Program-made: the position numbers and the translations under genes | Shown here: positions 1-11,284 of the stretch, one piece after another | Position numbering within the stretch: position 1 is the stretch's first letter | Layout of the letters: every line of letters begins with the position of its first letter | Origin: Peribolospora baueri | Taxonomy: Eukaryota | Assembly: GCA_029717555.1 (NCBI GenBank) | Contig: JAMDHS010000018.1 | Coordinates: 1-64,000, forward strand | Direction of reading: 5' to 3' | DNA: 64,000 nt | Notes under the pieces: generated by a model | Told to the model about the DNA's origin: nothing | The model's input: the letters and a program-made list of their open reading frames with translations, nothing else | Databases searched by the model: none

Positions 1-44
1 GGGGGGGGGGGGGGGGGGGGGAAAAAAAAAAAAAAAAAAAAAAA
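1..44. repeat. Adjacent homopolymers (G21 then about A23; the G run is truncated by the window edge)
   Basis: Read directly from the sequence. Confidence 0.9.
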
Positions 45-152
45 GGCAGTTGTTTGTCATTCCATTCCATTCTACTCGCCTGCCTGCGCTGTTGCGTTGT
101 GTTCTGCTGTCTTCCGATGAACCAACCAACGGACCCAGGGCGGAAGCAATGC

Positions 153-185
153 GACTCGGACTCGGACTCGACTCGACTCGACTCG
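153..185. repeat. Imperfect (GACTC/GGACTC)n microsatellite
   Basis: gactcggactcggactcgactcgactcgactcg. Confidence 0.85.
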
Positions 186-702
186 TCCGCGTGACGAAGA
201 CTGGACTCGACTGGGACTGGCTCGATCGCCTGGTTGGCTGGTTGGACTCGCGCGGACGGCTCCTCTTGCCTCCTCGCTGTTGCCGCAGCTGTTGCCGCAG
301 CCCGCGTCCGTCCGTCCGTCTCTCTGTGTGTGTCTGCCTGGCCCGTCCTCTCTCCGCCATCGTCACCGCCCGCGCCTGGTCGGCGGCTCTCCTTCTCCCC
401 ACACCCATCCTGATCACCATCGCCGGTCATCATCATCATCATCGCAACTCATCCATCCACATCCATCCATATTCACATCCAGCCACATCCATCCACTCAC
501 ATCGCACATCTCCCACCGACACACTCACTCCCTCCTTCACCCCCACTCCTTCCCTCCCCGCTTCCCTCCGTCCGTCGCCCGCCTCCGCTTCACACACACG
601 CCCGACCACCGACCACCACCACCACCGACCCACCCTCGCCCCGCCGCACGCTCCCTTTCTCCTTCCCTTCTCGCCCGTCGTGTCCCCTCGTAGGACAACA
701 TC

Positions 703-2487
703 ATGGCTCACGGACCCGTTAACGGGGTCAAGATCAATCGTGAGCTCCTTCTTTCTCCCATTCCCCCGCCACCCTCCCCAAAAAGGCCTTCCGCCGCAAC
801 CGTTGCATCCCCCGTCGCTCCCCTTTCGTCTCCGCTCACACCCATCTCTCCACGCCCCTCCTCCATGCTTTCTCTCCGCTCTCGCCCTCGAATTCCCTCG
901 CGTGCTCCACCCTCCATCCAGCCCTCGACGACCCGCATCGCGTGGTCAAGGTACTCGCGTCCGACGGCAAGACAGGCGAGCAGCGCGAGCTCGGCTACAC
1001 CAGCTGCAAGGTCATCGGCAACGGCTCCTTCGGCGTCGTCTTTCAGGCCAAGCTCGTCGGCTCCTCCGATGGTCAACCGGATGGCGGGGACAGCGCGGCG
1101 GCAGCGGGAAGTAGCAACAGCAGAGACGGCGTTAGCAGCGGCGACGTGGCGATCAAAAAGGTCTTGCAGGACAAGCGGTTCAAGGTGAGCTCAAGCGGAT
1201 CAGCCGCCTGTCCTCACCAGCGGCGCCAGCGCCGATGCTGGCGTCGGCTCCATCGCGCTGACACCTTTCTTCTCACCTCGTCTCCCTCACGCCCACAGAA
1301 CCGCGAACTGCAAATCATGCGGATCGTGAAGCACCCAAACGTTGTCGATCTCAAGGCCTTCTTCTACTCCAATGGAGAGAAGAAGGACGAGGTCTTCCTC
1401 AACCTCGTCCTCGAGTTCGTCCCCGAAACCGTCTACCGCGCCTCCCGCCACTACGCCAAGATGAAGCAGACCATGCCCATGATCCTCATCAAGATCTACA
1501 TGTACCAGCTCCTTCGCTCCCTCGCTTACATCCACTCCCTCGGCATCTGCCACCGTGACATCAAACCTCAGAATCTGCTTCTCAATCCCACCACTGGTGT
1601 TCTCAAGTTGTGCGATTTTGGAAGCGCAAAAATTCTCATCGCCGGAGAACCCAACGTGAGCTATATTTGTTCCAGGTACTACCGCGCTCCTGAACTTATC
1701 TTTGGAGCGACCAACTACACGACCAATATCGGTGAGTCTCCGTCCGTCGTCTCGCCATGGCCTCCCGTGGCTTGCCTCTCATCCACCTCCCTTTCTCACC
1801 CTGCCCCGCCCAGACATCTGGTCCACCGGATGCGTCATGGCCGAGCTCATGCAAGGTCAACCGCTATTCCCCGGAGAGAGCGGCATCGATCAGCTGGTGG
1901 AGATCATCAAGGTCCTCGGCACGCCGAGCCGAGAACAGATAAAGACCATGAACCCGAACTACATGGAGCACAAATTCCCCCAGATCCGACCCCATCCTTT
2001 CTCCAAGGTGCGTGCGCTTGTTGTCCGACGCTCCCTCGCGCTACCGCCGACCTTTTCTCCTTCCTCTTTCGCAGGTCTTCCGCCCGCGCACGCCTCCCGA
2101 GGCGATAGATCTCATCTCTCGTCTGCTCGAGTACACCCCCTCGGCCCGTTTGACCGCCATCGAAGCCATCTGCCACCCCTTCTTTGACGAACTTCGTCAA
2201 CGAGAGGGCGTGCGGATGCCCAACGGCAGGGAGATGCCCTCGCTTTTCGACTGGACTCGGGAGGGTGAGAATGGTGTTGCATTCAGCCATTCTGTCGTCG
2301 CTTCCGACCGCCGTCTTACCTTTTTTTTTTTTTCTCCTTCCCCTCGCTCTCAGAACTCTCCATCCGACCCGATCTCATCTCTCGATTGGTGCCCCCGCAT
2401 GCCGAGGAGGCCCTGATTCAGCGCGGCATCGACGTCAAGAACTTTGTTCCCATGCCGCCCGAGCAGCTTAGGGTCTCCCTTGATTGA
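703..2487 (+). CDS. gsk3: Glycogen synthase kinase 3 (GSK3/Rim11/Skp1 family); 6 exons: 703-739, 922-1184, 1299-1731, 1814-2007, 2075-2264, 2354-2487
   Basis: Spliced product [33 protein letters not shown]...GNGSFGVV...[18 protein letters not shown]...HRDIKPQN...CDFGSAK...[21 protein letters not shown]. All introns are GT..AG and restore the frame. Confidence 0.97.
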
Positions 2488-3525
2488 GCCGGCGGACGCA
2501 GTGGGCTGCGGTGGCGGTCGCGGCGGGCGGCAGTGGAGGTTCAGGAGGCTCCGACAGTCCGCGGACGCGGACGTGGGACATCGGCCTGGCCGGCTCGGTC
2601 TTTTTCGCCGCGTCCTGATCCGCCCGTCTCAGCCCGTCCGTGGCCACCCTTTTTTCTTCTTTTTTTTCACATTTCTCTTTCTTTCGCCCGCTGCCCTCCC
2701 CGCTCTCCGACCGAGGCTGGCCCCGCCCATTTTCTATCCCCTTCTTTCGTCGTCCACGCACGACCGTAAATATTTTCTCCTTCCCCCTTCCCTTTCCTTC
2801 CCTTTCCCCTCCCCGCTCCTTGTCCATCCATCCCTCCGTCCTGTCCTGTCCATGTTCACCACCGTCGGCCCCCTTTTGTAAGGTCTCCCCCGGCTACCCT
2901 CGTCGTTGTCCGTGCCCTTCTCTGTTCTGTTCATCCACCCCCATCCCGTCGACATGAAAACCGTCGCCTCATCGTATTCTCGCTCGCAATTAACTGAATC
3001 GCCTCGACTGACCTCCATACACAAACCTGCGCACGAGCACGAGCACGCCACACCCGCTTCCGTCTTCCCCGGTTCTGTATGTGTTTGTTCTGTTTGTTGA
3101 GATGCTCGATTGGTTTACTTCCGACGGGCCCCAAACCGGACTCGGAGACGGATTGGACTCGATTGATTGAATGAATGAATGAACTGCAAGTCGCGCGTGG
3201 CAAGTAGTCGGTGCGAACCGTCCGTCCGTTGTCTTCCGGCTTGAAGATCGATGGCCCGAATGAAACTTCCTTCGTCTTGTCTCCCAAAAAACCGACGCAC
3301 CTCCCTTCCCTCCCCTCTCCTCCGTCCCAGTCCAGTCCGTCGTTGCCAGATCTTATCTATATGAAAAGGCGATCGGGTCCTCCACGTACGTCCGTCCCAC
3401 GTCATCTCATCTCATCTGTCTTCTCCAGAATGGTCTGGCCTGACCTGACCGGACCTGACATGGCCGGACCGACTGGGCTCCAGTCGAGGAACGGGTCGTA
3501 CGCGCGCGACACAGCCAAAACAAGA

Positions 3526-3549
3526 CGATACGATACGATACGATACGAT
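3526..3549. repeat. (CGATA)n microsatellite
   Basis: cgatacgatacgatacgatacgat. Confidence 0.9.
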
Positions 3550-3712
3550 TGTCGCTTCTTTCGTCGAGTGGACATGTTCGACGGACGTCACGCGACGCGT
3601 CGCCGATCATGACCCGATCACCGATCGCAGCCTTCCGTTAGTTACCATCACCATCACCGCCGGCTACGACGACAGCAGTTCCGAGTGCAGTTGGCGAATA
3701 GCACGACCGACA

Positions 3713-5194
3713 ATGCCACGTCCACGCCCACGCCGCCCAGTCACCTCCCTCTTCCCTTACCCTCACTCGTCCCACTTCCTATCCGCTCTCGAGGACGACG
3801 TCGACGACCTCTTGGCCACCTTCGCAGAGCGATGGCAAGTCGGCCTCGACCTCCTCCGACGACATCGGGGTCAACAACATCCACGTCTAGATGACGACGA
3901 CGAGGCCGAGCAGACCATTCTTTCGCAAGTTCGTCAAGGCCCCTACCGCCTCTTCTTGCTCTGCTGGGACGAGCTCGGCTGGACGCTCGTTCACCTTGCC
4001 TTTGGAGAAGATCGAAAGACCAGGCGGGCTTTTTACCAGACTGCCTTTCGCGGCCTCCTCGACCACTTGGATGACACTTCCGAGCCTCTCGTCGCCGCTG
4101 GAGCGCTTTTCGCTCTCCACACTCTATGGGCTTCCCAGCCCCCGCCGGACGTCCTTCCGCGCACGGAACATATCGACATTGAGCTCGGTGCGTCTCTTTC
4201 TTTCTTGGTTTGTCTTTGTCCTACGACGTCCATCGTCTCTGACCGAAACCGCCGCTTCCCGTCCCCTTCAGACCGCTACCACGCCCTCTTCGCCCTTCCC
4301 GAAGCTTTGCGACCAGCGTTCACGTTCCCGGTCACGACGGACTCGTCCGACGACAGACCCTCCCTGCAGCCTTATCACGACATCTCTCAAGTCCTCTCCC
4401 TTCTTCTCACCTCGCCGTCGGCCTCCTCTCGCACCGGCTGCTTCGCCATCCTCCCTCCCACCTCCTTCTCCCCTCGCAGCCCACGCGATCTGCCAGCCAA
4501 TGAAGTGCGCCAGCTTCGCGGCGAACTCCGAACGGAGGCCTTGAAGGTCGCCTCCGAGGCCGAGCGGTGTCTCTTTGCGACAGGGCGCCGATGGCGTCCC
4601 GGAGAGAGGCGACCGGGGGAGGATACGTCTGGCAAAGAGAGCGACAACAGCGGCGACGACGTGAAGTTGTGGGATGAGACGACGATCTCGGAAGATGTCG
4701 ATCGCGACGACAGCTCGGAATACGAGCTCTCCGTCGGCTTGTTCGGAAGCGCGCCGGACGATTCGCAGGCGGAGGCCGCCGCCGCTCAGCCTCGACGCTC
4801 GCGGCGGTTGCTGGATGCCATCGAAGAGGCGATGGCGGCCAGCGCCGACTACGATGCAAAGCGCCACAAGCTGACGGCGGATGCGAATCAAGACGGACGA
4901 GACGAACGACCGCAGATCTCCATCCGAGACCGCCTACTCCAGACAGCCTCTTTGCGCACCATGTCACGTCTGCGCGACCTCCAGGCCGACGTGCGTTCCT
5001 CCTCCTCCGTCACTCACGATTCGCCTCTCGCCACCTCTCCTCCTCCTCCTTCCACCGCCGACCTCGGCAAGCTGGACCGCGATTCCGAACAAGCCGGCAC
5101 ACTGTTGAGCCTCGACGATGGTGGGACTTCTCTTGACGAAGTCTGGCGCGCGCTGCGAAGGAAGAAGAGGGGGCTAGCGGCGCCAGGGATATGA
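3713..5194 (+). CDS. Putative snRNA-activating protein complex subunit 1 (SNAPC1/SNAP43)-like protein; probable 84-nt in-frame intron 4188-4271
   Basis: 493-codon ATG ORF. The N-terminal pattern DVDDLL..F..., F...W..LGW..VH, F....F..LL..L, GALFALHTLW.SQP, HIDI resembles the SNAP43 domain. A GTGCGT..CAG intron is present. Confidence 0.6.
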   Translation: MPRPRPRRPVTSLFPYPHSSHFLSALEDDVDDLLATFAERWQVGLDLLRRHRGQQHPRLDDDDEAEQTILSQVRQGPYRLFLLCWDELGWTLVHLAFGEDRKTRRAFYQTAFRGLLDHLDDTSEPLVAAGALFALHTLWASQPPPDVLPRTEHIDIELGASLSFLVCLCPTTSIVSDRNRRFPSPSDRYHALFALPEALRPAFTFPVTTDSSDDRPSLQPYHDISQVLSLLLTSPSASSRTGCFAILPPTSFSPRSPRDLPANEVRQLRGELRTEALKVASEAERCLFATGRRWRPGERRPGEDTSGKESDNSGDDVKLWDETTISEDVDRDDSSEYELSVGLFGSAPDDSQAEAAAAQPRRSRRLLDAIEEAMAASADYDAKRHKLTADANQDGRDERPQISIRDRLLQTASLRTMSRLRDLQADVRSSSSVTHDSPLATSPPPPSTADLGKLDRDSEQAGTLLSLDDGGTSLDEVWRALRRKKRGLAAPGI

Positions 5195-5390
5195 TCCGCC
5201 GTTTATCCGTAAGGCGTACTCGTTCTGAGGATGAGCTCGGTCCCAACATCGCTCCCTACCGCTATCGTCCTCGTTCACAGGCGAACATGACCACCGACCT
5301 CGCTCGTCCGCTCCGCACGCCGCCGCCAACTATCATTTCGGTGGCATCGTCGGGGCCCCGCTGGCGTTTTTTTAAAGCGGCGAGGGGCAT

Positions 5391-5423
<33 letters not shown>
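5391..5423. repeat. (CGAGGA)n microsatellite
   Basis: About 5.5 perfect units. Confidence 0.85.
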
Positions 5424-6621
5424 ATGGAGAGAGCACATTGTCACGGTCAGCAAGTGCGCGTACGACACCAGCTATCCGTCCGTATCCTTGAATGCGTGAG
5501 TAGGAGACGCGGGGAGACGAGACGGACACCATGGTACGGCATGTCTTTTATTTTCGGATCGCTACCATCGTTCATCTTGGATTCGGGCCGTCCATCCTTG
5601 GATCGCCTCTCAGGCATCTTCGCCCATCTTAACATGGGCATCGCCCGCCACGCCCACTACTCCGCCGCGCTCGTCCAGGTCGACCCTTCGTCTGCCGGGC
5701 AGAACTCATCAACGCAGGGTATGGCCTCTTTCGCGACTCACCGTCCACATGCGGCATCACCTTTATCACCGGCGACACGGCGCCGCCAAACGGCCTTTCG
5801 GCCTTCCACCACAGAATGATGGCACTCTATGCCTCAAGGTTGTGCCACCTCTTTACGAACCGTCCCAGCTGTCACTCGCCAGACACGCCTCACGTCTGTC
5901 ATGTCCCTTAACGCGAGCACGAGAGACAAGCCGGCAATGCTGTTCGGCAGCTACGGCGGGCAAGTCGGAACGAGCCGAAGACGATGGCCGATCATCTCGG
6001 CAGGGACAGGTTCGGCCACGGTCTCGAAATGTGAACGCTGCTTTGGGAGGAACGGGCTTTGTTGGACGAGAAGGGAGGGACAAAAGCGTGGTGATTGTCA
6101 CGGCCGCAGGTATGTGGTTGCCCGGCGAGCCGGGCGCCGCGGGGCCCGAGGACGCGGCCAATGACGGTACCATGCCGGAGTGGTGTGTGCAGCTGTGGAG
6201 GGAGTGAAGCGAGGTTCGGCCGCTGCTAGGGCGTCATGGGGACTATACCAAAGCATGACCTCCACTTTAGCTAAGGATTCCAAATGGAACAAGGTAAACT
6301 ACAGGCGTCGGACAGAAGTTCCCTAGGTTGTCGCGTGAGTGGTCGCCCGACGGTATGTAACCGACCATCTTCGTACTGGTCGGTTCGCGGCTTGCGAGTG
6401 GAGCGTCCGGCTGTGACTATCATCCATCACCTTCGCCCGGTATACTGTTAATGTCTTTCCCCTTGGGCACGGCCCACAACGTCAGCATCACGTGACTTCT
6501 CCGTAACTTCCGCTGCTTCATTGTGATGAGCGTCCGTCACCTCGTGGCCCTACCTACTGAATTTGCAGTTCTTGCCCGTTCATACCTCATCTGTTGCACA
6601 AACACGGCAACTCACCGTCGC

Positions 6622-7243
6622 ATGTCGTCCTCGGCTACCCTTCCCTCCGACGCGCCCTGGCACGTACAGTTTCCCGCGCCGCGGAGCTCGCCTCCGCGTT
6701 TGGCCGCGAGCGAGGTGGCAGAGTTGGTGAGGACGAAGAACGTTGGCACAGACTACGTCGTCGTCGACGTCCGCAGGACCGACTTTGAGGTGAGTGGATG
6801 CCATGCGCACTTGGGCTGTAGCCCACTCATTTTTAGACCATCCCAGCGAAGCGGCGTCCTTCATTGTTCCCTCTTCGAAATTTGACGTGTCATTACGTAA
6901 CCAGAATGTGTGCGTTCGCGGTGCGATCAACGTCCCAGCCCAATCCTTCTACACTACTCTTCCCGGCCTGCTGCCCGTGCTCGCGCGGACGCCAAAAGTC
7001 ATATTTTACTGCAACAGCTCGAACGGAAGGGTGAGTTGGTACGTGAGGAACCAATATCGCCACACCTCTCAACCGGTCCTCCCCTTCTCTCACCTTGCCC
7101 AGGGACCGCGCTGCGCCGGGTGGTACCAAGACGCCCTCGATACCGCTTCGCAGACACAATCACAGGCATTCATCCTTGAAGGCGGCATCAAGGCTTGGGC
7201 GGAGAAATTTGGCGACGATCCAGAGCTTGTGACCAAGGTGTAG
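6622..7243 (+). CDS. Single-domain rhodanese/Cdc25-like phosphatase or arsenate reductase (Acr2/Ych1/Ibp1 type); 2 introns
   Basis: Motifs VVVDVRRTDF, GAINVPAQSF, active-site CX5R loop IFYCNSSNGR|GPRCAGW, and ILEGGIKAW. Confidence 0.88.
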
Positions 7244-7706
7244 GAGGCGGGCCGGGACCGGCGTCGTCGGGGACGGGACTGAGGCGGACGAGAAGGAAAG
7301 GAGATACCCTACGGTACGGGCATGGATGGACATCAGACTGGAATTGGATGATCGTTATGAAGCGATGACCGATTGAAGCAACCGACAGGGAAAGGGATCG
7401 AAATAGGCGGAAACAGGAAGGGGCCTGTGCAGTGCGCCAGGGTGGCGGGAAAAATCGTGCGTCGTGATCTTGAAGCACTGTCACTGACATTGAGCGAGGG
7501 GTAAGAGTGAGACGCACCGCGGCCGTATCCGAGGGAGGCGGTAGGTAGGGCAGGGCTTGGAGCGGTGGGCGAGTGTGCTTCCTCAATAGATGAATGGACG
7601 GATGGATGGAAGAGAAATCGCGGTCGTTCGCAAAACGGCCGTTATCTACGAGGACGGCGGGAAGCGCAAGAAAAGAAGGAAAGCCGGGACAGAGTCCGAT
7701 ATCTGC

Positions 7707-10295
7707 CTATATATCTGGGCGTCGAGCAGCGCAAGGAGTGGACCCCTCCATGCTATTCCACCCCCGCCCCTCCAGCTTCCCATCATCGAGCAAATGACCC
7801 ACCCAATCACAGACTGCGCTTCTCCATGCTGTGACGCACCGGTGAGTTAGGTCAATGGCGGTGCCGGGAGAACATGTCGAGCTGATTCGCCTCCACTCCG
7901 TCCCGTCCCGTCCGTCCACGCTCTTTTGCTCGCCCGTCGCAATCCGGGCCTCGTCTCCTGCTCGCCTTCCCGCCCGCTTGCCCCCAGCCAGCACGAGCCA
8001 CAGCGCAAATAGAACTGCAGCGAGGGCAAGACTGATGCCGGCGCCGATAAATCCCGCGGCAAGCGGGCTCACGTCGTGCTTACCCGTCGTGGAGGTGACG
8101 CTCGACGAGCCGTTATAGGCCTGCACGACGCCGCAGCCTCTCTTCTTGGTGTTCCCGCACTTGGTGCACCAGGAGGACAGATCAGCAATGCTGAGCGGTC
8201 CGAGTTGGGCGTTGAGCTGGTGGAGAGTGGTGGACGTGGGCGTCGAGCCCGGAAGCGAGTTGGGAAACATGGCATACGGCAAAAAGCTAGATGGACCGGT
8301 TTGGGAGGTGCCGTTCCGGAAGAGGAAGCGGACCGTGTTGTCCGAGTGGACCTCGAACAGGGCGAGCGAGGCATCTGAAGAGTGCGCAAACAAACGGACG
8401 GTCAGGAACGATGCCAGAGGCAAAATGGGGGCCGGAGAGAGGAACTCACAGTCGACGATGCCCCACAAGTCAAGCTCGAGCAAGTTGAAGAGGGAGATGA
8501 ACGGCTTGTAGGCTAGCGCATTCGATGGCATGATGCGGAGGGCATGTGGATGAGAGCGGGGTAAGGAAAGGCAGCCAGGTGACGGTGAGCGGTCGCCGCT
8601 CCCCAGTAGTACGTCCAGAATGAGAGACTCACAAACGCTGAGGTAGGTCAGCTTTACGTCCTGGCTCGTGTTGGCCATCAGGTTTAGGTTGTCCAGGATG
8701 GGACGAAGGATGGCTATGGTGGTAAGACGCGTCAGTCGTCTGCTCACATAATCGCCTGCCCGTCCTCGGCGAGCACTCACCCTGTCCGACGACGTTGCCA
8801 ATGCCGTCCTTGGTCTTGTCGGTGAAGGAGCCCTGTTCGTGTAAGTCAGCGAGGTAGTGCGCCATGGGAAGCACCGAAGGGTTCTGATCCAGCTGGGAGC
8901 GGATGGAGGCGTTCCAAGTGGAGCCGACGTTAAGGTAATCGAAGAAATTCCAGGCGTTTTCCAGCGAGGTGGAGCGGTTTCCGCTGAGAGTGTGCGGGAG
9001 CGAGAAACGGCGCGTGAGTGATGCGGAAGGAGACGGAGAGGGCGGGAAATCCCCATTCTTCGTTCGAAGAAAGACGGAGTGGCCGCCTAGAATGAGACAC
9101 CCACACATAGCTCCCAAGCTGGCTCAGGAATACGGAATTGTTCTTCTGGATTTGTTGGAAGATGTCCGAGCTGTAAAAGTTCTGAACGTGAGCGTTCCAG
9201 TTGTCGCAGTCGATGTAGCCTTCGGTCGGTTCGGGTCGATTAATGGACGGGAGAAGAAGGCATGGTATCGATCAGGTCGGCAAACAACGCCGGAACAACA
9301 AAATCACATTCACGAGCGCAGGAAAAGCACACAGGTGCATGAGCGACAGACAAACGCACCAGCAAGGCTCACGTCCTGGTCCTGCTCGACCGTCTCGATG
9401 GGAATGAGCTGGGCGCGGTTGAAGCCTACCGATGTGCTATAAGATGGAACAACATGTGGGAGATGACCAAGGACGAGAGAGAGATAGAGAAAATGATCTA
9501 ATTTAGCGGCCCGTTCCCAAGGTCCTCTCCTCCGTTGAGCAGAGGAGGGGGCCCAGTCGATGGACGGAAGGAAAGGTCAAAACAAGAATCACCCATTAGC
9601 AAGCTGCCTGGTGTCGCCGGTAGCGGGGTAAAGGCCTGCATGTGTGCAATGATAGAGCAGGCAGAAAACAGAGCAGGCCGCGGAACGCGAAATAAGGGAA
9701 GGAGGCAAGGCGAGTCAGAGCAGAGTACGTGGGAAATCGAACCGAAAGTTGTCTCCTTCCCCTTTCCGGCCGTTCACTCCTCCCAAATGTTTTCAACGTC
9801 CCCGCGTCTCCTCTCCGCCTCCACGCTCCCCTCCTCGCCATCGTCGTCGGGTTGGGTCCGGGTCGGGACCCCGCACAACGCACCCTGCAAGAGCGCCTGG
9901 GCGCTATCGACAATAACGCTCCCTTCTCCGCTCGCATCAGCAATGACTTTGAGCTGAGCTTGATCAGCATCGTCCGTCTGAATCCCACGTACGTAGACGT
10001 TGCTCTCCGGGGAGAGGTAGCGCAGACGGAGGTCGCCGCCGTTCTGGAGCTCTTCGCGGCCGCCGAGCGGGGTGAGAGCGGTGTCGGAGGCGGTGTACGT
10101 CGAAGGGGATTGATAGAAGCCCGAACCTGGTGGGTGGAACATGAAGAATCAGGAAAAAGAGAAAAAAAAATTAGGAGAGGGGCGATCAGAGATTGCGTTC
10201 GTTGGCAGAGGTCAGTCTTCCGATCACGCACGATCCCCGTGTCTGGATATGACTAGGACGCCGATCACTTCGCTGGGGGAATCGTTCGTAGCCAT
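7707..10295 (-). CDS. Histidine (acid) phosphatase, branch 2, with a C-terminal transmembrane helix; multi-exon, 3' end uncertain
   Basis: Starts MATNDSPSEVIGVLVISRHGDR (RHG motif). Also has LTPLG...LRLRYL, SAQALLQGL, NAWNFFDYLNV and a TM segment AAGFIGAGISLALAAVLFALWLVL. Confidence 0.85.
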
Positions 10296-11284
10296 GTTCC
10301 TTTGAGGTCTGTGAAGATGGGACGCTAACTGAGGAGGGGAAAGGAGGAGGATGGTGGGGATGATGGGTAAGACACGAGAAGAGATGGGAGTAGGAAGGAG
10401 AGGAGGTGGTGATGCAACGAGCGATAAGATGGGGCGATGGAATCAAGTCGGGCGCGGGATCTTGCACCCGCCAGTGATCGGATGCGGGGATGATCTTCCA
10501 TCTGCTACACAAGAGGTAGATAACGCGATAACGCGCAGAGGCGGCCGCGGTTGCGATTGGTACGGTTAAAAGTGTCCATCTTCGGAGACCGCATACAGAG
10601 CCGGCGAGAGATCTCAAGAGATATGAGGAAAAGAAAGAGGAAGAGAAATCTTTGTTCTCATCTTGGGTTCTTCACACGACTGACGGAGCCTATCTTTGCG
10701 GAATACGGACGGGACGAGAAGGGACGGACGAAGGAGAGAGGGAGGAGAGGGAGAAGAGATGAGAATGACGGGAATGGAATGAGAAAAAGGCGAGGAGGTA
10801 AGTGTGTTGGGATGGGTAAAGGGGAAGGGGGGGGAAGTAGGGGGAGCGGGTAGAAGGGGGCAGGTGGCGACGAGGATCATGACTGCGCGGAAGAGGCGGC
10901 GGGAGGAAGGCAGGACGAGGAGGAACGCGCACATGGGCAATGCGTCGAACGGACGAGCGAAGAGATGGAGGACAGAGGGGGCGAACGGAAGAGATGCGAA
11001 GGAAGAACGGAGGAAGAAAGGGAAAGCGAAGGTCTGGCTAACATGACTGCCGGATTGAACCCACGAAGAAAGGGCAAGGGAGGGGATGAACACTAGACAA
11101 GGAAGGGGAGGGGGACGGCAGAAAAACAGGATCGAGCAAATGAGGGGCCAAGAAGAAAACAAAAAAGTCGTTCTATCCGTCTTCCGTCTTCCCTCTCCTG
11201 CTCGCTCGCTCCGGCCGGCACTCCTTCCCTTCCAATGCGCCTCTAGCCACCATGATCCACCGCCACTGCCTCCACCGTCCGCGT

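Noticed and set aside
50..1114. 354-aa ORF overlapping the gsk3 5' region
   Set aside because: Pro/Ser/His-rich translation of CT-rich UTR, intron and microsatellite DNA that is naturally poor in stop codons. It shows no family motif and conflicts with the spliced GSK3 model.
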